Shown here: positions 52,273 through 55,401 of the stretch, piece after piece
How positions within the stretch are numbered: the stretch's first letter is position 1
How the letters are laid out: each line of letters opens with the position of its first letter
Source: Vicinamibacterales bacterium
GTDB lineage: Bacteria > Acidobacteriota > Vicinamibacteria > Vicinamibacterales > SCN-69-37
Direction of reading: 5' to 3'
Assembly (NCBI GenBank): GCA_035711465.1
Contig: DASTCC010000256.1
Coordinates: 1 to 55,401 of the forward strand
Length of the DNA: 55,401 nt
Position numbers and translations under genes: made by a program
Notes under the pieces: generated by a model
Told to the model about the DNA's origin: nothing
What the model saw: the letters and a program-made list of their open reading frames with translations, nothing else
The model's database searches: none

Positions 52273-54875
52273 CGCCGGGCCGACGTCACCTCGCGCTCGC
52301 GCGTCTGGCGCTCCGCCGCGTCGCCGAGCCGCGCCGCAGCGAGTGGCTCGCCGATCTCTTCGACGATCTCCGCGCCCGGCGGCAGGTTCGGGGCGTTCTC
52401 GCCGCCGATGCCTGGTTTCTGCGCGAACTGGCCTCGCTCGCGCGGGCGGCGCGCCTCCAGCGATCCCGCCGCGCCCCGGCGCTTCGAAACGATATCCTCG
52501 CCGTCTCTACCCAGCTGCGCCGCAGTCCGGTGTTCTTCCTCACTGCCGCGCTGATGCTCGCCGCCGGCGTCACCATCGCCGCGACCACCGTCGGGTTCAT
52601 CGACGCGACGCTCCTCAAGCCGATCAGCCGGGTCCGCCCCGACGACGTGTTCCGACTCGGCACGACGTCGCCGACGTCGGGCGATCGGAACCAGTTCGCG
52701 TTCCCCGAGTTCGCCGACCTGGCCGAACCGTTGCGCGACATCGCCGATCTCACGGCCGCGCACCTCGTCCCCGTGGTCGCGCGGACCGACGGCGGTTCCG
52801 AGCAGACGCTGGCCGAAGTGGTCGTCGGCCCGTACTTCGACATCGTCGCCCTGCCGCCGCTGGCGGGCCGCCTGCTCCGGGCCTCGGACGACGACGGAAC
52901 GGCGCCGGCCGTCGCCGTGATCAGCGACGCCTGGTGGGCGTCGCGTTACGGCCGATCGCCCTCGGCGATCGGCGCGACGATGTACCTCAACAACACGCCC
53001 TTCACCGTCGTCGGCGTGGCACCGGCCACCGGATCGGCGGCCTTCGCCGGGGCGAGCACGGACGTCTGGCTGATGGCCGGGCACGCCGGCACGCTGATGC
53101 CGCTCGACTTCCGATCCGATCGCGCCCGTCGTGCCTTCGTCGTCCTCGGGCGGCTCCAGACGAACGCGACGATGGCCGCCGCGGCCAGCGCGGCGTCGGC
53201 CGCGAGCGCGACGCTGCAGCGCGAAGCGCCTCGGAGCCGGCCGGACGATCGCATCGCCGTGCTGCCGGGCAGCCCGCTGGGCAGCACGCAGCGGCGCCTG
53301 GCGATGGTCGTCGCGGCGCTGCTCGCGTCGTTCGCGGCCGTCGTGCTCGGCGTCATCTGCGCCAACGTCGGCAACCTGGCGATGGCGCGCGGCACGATGC
53401 TCCGCCGCGCCACCGCGATCCGCCTGTCGCTCGGCGCGTCGCGCGGTCAGGTGCTGCGGCAGGCGCTGCTCGAGGGCGCGGCGATCGCCGCCGTGGCTGC
53501 CGCGTGCAGTGCCGTGGCGTACCTCTGGGTCGCGCAAAGGCTGGTCACGATCCCGATCCTGCCGACGTTCACGCTGCGGCTGGATCTCCGAACCGATCCC
53601 TCGTTTCTGATCGTCATCGCGGCGATTGCCGGCGTCGCCGGCCTGGTGCTGGCGCTCGGGCCGGCGCTCGCCGCGGCGCGCATCGACGTGATCGCGACGC
53701 TCCGCGACGCGTCCGGAGCGATGCGGTTCGGACGCCGCGGCGCGCGGCTGCGTCGCTGGCTGGTGATCGCGCAGGTGGCGCTGTCGTTCTTCCTGATGGT
53801 CATGGCGGCGCTGTTCATGCGGAGCCTGTCGCAGTCGCGGACGCTCGATCTGGGCGTCGATGTCGACAGGCTGGCGATCATGGACTTCGACGTCGAGCCG
53901 CCGGTCGGCAAGGACGAGCAGCGTGCCATCGTCGTGCGCGCGCTCGACGCGATCCGCGCGCTTCCGGGCACGGCCGGCGTCGCGCAATCGACCGAGGCGC
54001 CCATCGACGCGCTGGTCGGCAGCGCTGATCTGCGGATTCCGGGCGCTGCCGACGCGCCGCCGATTGCGCGCGTGTCGGTCATCGGCGCCACGTCCGGGTA
54101 CTTCGAGACCGTCGGCGTGCCGATCCTGCAGGGCCGCGGCTTCGCCGTGATGGATCCGGCCGGCAGCGTCGCGGTGATCAACGAGACGCTGGCGCGGTCG
54201 CTCGACGGCGGTCTCGATCGTGTCGTCGATCTGGGGAACGGGCGACGGCCCCGCATCATCGGCGTGGCCAGGAATGCGCGCTATCGATCGATCGGCGAGC
54301 GCGACCAGCCGAACGTCTACCTGGCGATCGAGCCGGGCTTTCATCAGACCCTGATCGCGCGCGCGAACGGGGACCCTCGACTGCTGTTGAACGACATCCA
54401 GCGAACGCTCGATCGGGTCGGGCCGGGCGTCCAGGGCTTTTTTCCTCGCACCGGCCGCGATCACCTGCGCCTGGATCTGCTTCCGGTCGAAGCCGGCGGG
54501 GCGGCGGCCACCGTGGTCGGCAGCCTGGCGGTCGTGTTGAGCGGCCTCGGCCTTTACGGACTGGTCGCCTGGATCGTCGAGCTGCGGCGAGCGGAGCTCG
54601 GCCTTCGGCTCGCCCTCGGCGCCAGTCCAGGAGATCTCCGCACGCTGATCGTTCGTTATGCGATCGCCAGCGCGCTGCCCGGCATCGTCATCGGGCTGGT
54701 CGCCGCGCTCCTTGCCGTGGCCTCGTTCAGCAGTCTGCTCGTCGGCGTCCGTGGCGTCGATCCGGTGGCGTTTCTGTCGGCGGGCGTCCTGGTCGCGGCG
54801 CTCGTGCTCGCCGCCGCGTGGATGCCCGCGAGGCGCGCCGGTCGGATCGATCCGAGCGCGCTGCTACGGTCATAG
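52269..54875 (+). CDS. ADOP-family duplicated FtsX/MacB-type permease with prefix domain
   Basis: 868 aa. GTGA overlap with the padR stop. IRLSLGASRGQVL and LRLALGASPGDLR FtsX loops. C-terminus ARRAGRIDPSALLRS. Confidence 0.9.
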   Translation: MTPGRRHLALARLALRRVAEPRRSEWLADLFDDLRARRQVRGVLAADAWFLRELASLARAARLQRSRRAPALRNDILAVSTQLRRSPVFFLTAALMLAAGVTIAATTVGFIDATLLKPISRVRPDDVFRLGTTSPTSGDRNQFAFPEFADLAEPLRDIADLTAAHLVPVVARTDGGSEQTLAEVVVGPYFDIVALPPLAGRLLRASDDDGTAPAVAVISDAWWASRYGRSPSAIGATMYLNNTPFTVVGVAPATGSAAFAGASTDVWLMAGHAGTLMPLDFRSDRARRAFVVLGRLQTNATMAAAASAASAASATLQREAPRSRPDDRIAVLPGSPLGSTQRRLAMVVAALLASFAAVVLGVICANVGNLAMARGTMLRRATAIRLSLGASRGQVLRQALLEGAAIAAVAAACSAVAYLWVAQRLVTIPILPTFTLRLDLRTDPSFLIVIAAIAGVAGLVLALGPALAAARIDVIATLRDASGAMRFGRRGARLRRWLVIAQVALSFFLMVMAALFMRSLSQSRTLDLGVDVDRLAIMDFDVEPPVGKDEQRAIVVRALDAIRALPGTAGVAQSTEAPIDALVGSADLRIPGAADAPPIARVSVIGATSGYFETVGVPILQGRGFAVMDPAGSVAVINETLARSLDGGLDRVVDLGNGRRPRIIGVARNARYRSIGERDQPNVYLAIEPGFHQTLIARANGDPRLLLNDIQRTLDRVGPGVQGFFPRTGRDHLRLDLLPVEAGGAAATVVGSLAVVLSGLGLYGLVAWIVELRRAELGLRLALGASPGDLRTLIVRYAIASALPGIVIGLVAALLAVASFSSLLVGVRGVDPVAFLSAGVLVAALVLAAAWMPARRAGRIDPSALLRS

Positions 54876-54942
54876 GGGCTGCCGGACAATCGCCGGCGCG
54901 ATGTCGGGGACGCGCGTCCTCAGGTCTGATGGTCCCCCCGCG

Positions 54943-55401
54943 CTATTCCTGGCGCAACGTGCGCATCGGATCGACCTGCGCCGCGCGCGCAGCGGGAATC
55001 CACGCCGCCAACAGGCACGCCGCCACGATCGCACCGAGACTCGCGAGATAGGCCACCGGATCGGTGACGTGCACGATCTGCGAGATCAGCGCGCCGGCCG
55101 GCGTCGCCAGCACCGCCGTGGCCAGCGCTGCGGCAAGCCCCGCGCCCGCGATCAGACCGGCTATCACCGGCCGCGTCGTCTGGGCGAGCATCAATCGCGT
55201 CACTCTGTACGCCGAAGCGCCGAGCGCCATGCGGACGCCGATCTCCCGTGTTCGCTGCTCGACCAGATAGGAGAGCACGCTGAACAATCCCGACACGGTC
55301 AGCAGCACCGCGAGGCCGCCGAGGACGATGGACACCGAGAACGCGATCTGCAGGAAGAACGTCTCGAGCCTCGCCACCGTGCGCATGGTGATGATCGATT
55401 C
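54943..55401 (-). CDS. ADOP/FtsX permease, C-terminal part; 5' end beyond right edge
   Basis: The frame stays open to position 55401. EQRTREIGVRMALGASAYRV ... IPAARAAQVDPMRTLRQE. The track ORF start at 55386 is an internal Met. Confidence 0.85.
   Translation of the reverse strand, partial: ESIITMRTVARLETFFLQIAFSVSIVLGGLAVLLTVSGLFSVLSYLVEQRTREIGVRMALGASAYRVTRLMLAQTTRPVIAGLIAGAGLAAALATAVLATPAGALISQIVHVTDPVAYLASLGAIVAACLLAAWIPAARAAQVDPMRTLRQE

Noticed and set aside
52164-54464. 766-aa minus-strand ORF. The same applies to 44407..46464 (-), 39304..41043 (-), 30117..31700 (-), 29975..31303 (+) and 43791..45629 (+).
   Set aside because: All are shadow frames of ADOP permease or regulator genes. 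Only the chosen frames show TM segments and conserved FtsX loops.

Overview
GC-rich bacterial chromosomal segment. Third codon positions are almost all G/C, and long arginine/alanine-rich shadow ORFs lie antisense to most real genes. I saw no rRNA, tRNA, CRISPR array, transposase or integrase. Five MacB/FtsX-type ADOP (acidobacterial duplicated orphan permease) genes, two with overlapping PadR regulators, point to Acidobacteriota (inference from family distribution).

Content, left to right:
- partial DadA-like oxidoreductase and a DinB protein
- two tandem HisC-family aminotransferases with twin-arginine leaders
- a HupE/UreJ membrane protein and two tandem NHL/PAL-like beta-propellers (a third lies at 17.4 kb)
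- a secreted TPR-CHAT protease in a visibly less GC-rich stretch
- an sdpR-sdpI-thioredoxin operon and a flavin amine-oxidase-like enzyme
- a decapitated cytochrome c peroxidase remnant
- an amidohydrolase, a YfcH-like SDR and two DUF4097 proteins
- a compact hisIGDCBHFA operon
- gamma-glutamyltransferase and an S9 peptidase
- a GlxA-regulator/cysteine-synthase-like/ADOP/DinB string
- a PEGA protein
- an aldo-keto reductase fused to a polynucleotide-kinase-like module
- a ToxR-like membrane regulator

Most interesting non-coding signals:
1. A 22-codon leader ORF with 7 His codons, followed by a terminator/antiterminator, upstream of hisI. This is a classical ribosome-mediated attenuator in an unexpected lineage.
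2. Two near-identical arrays of a 10-nt unit GGGTNACGAC. Each starts in a stop codon, fills the gap to the next operon, and meets G-quadruplex spacing on the transcribed strand. A related 11-nt GGG-phased array is also present.
3. AT-rich GAACT-type repeats at stop codons, including a 21-nt duplication that creates an in-frame backup stop after hisD.
4. Promoter geometry implying leaderless mRNAs.

All coordinates were derived by hand, and all functional calls rest on motif recognition, not database searches.
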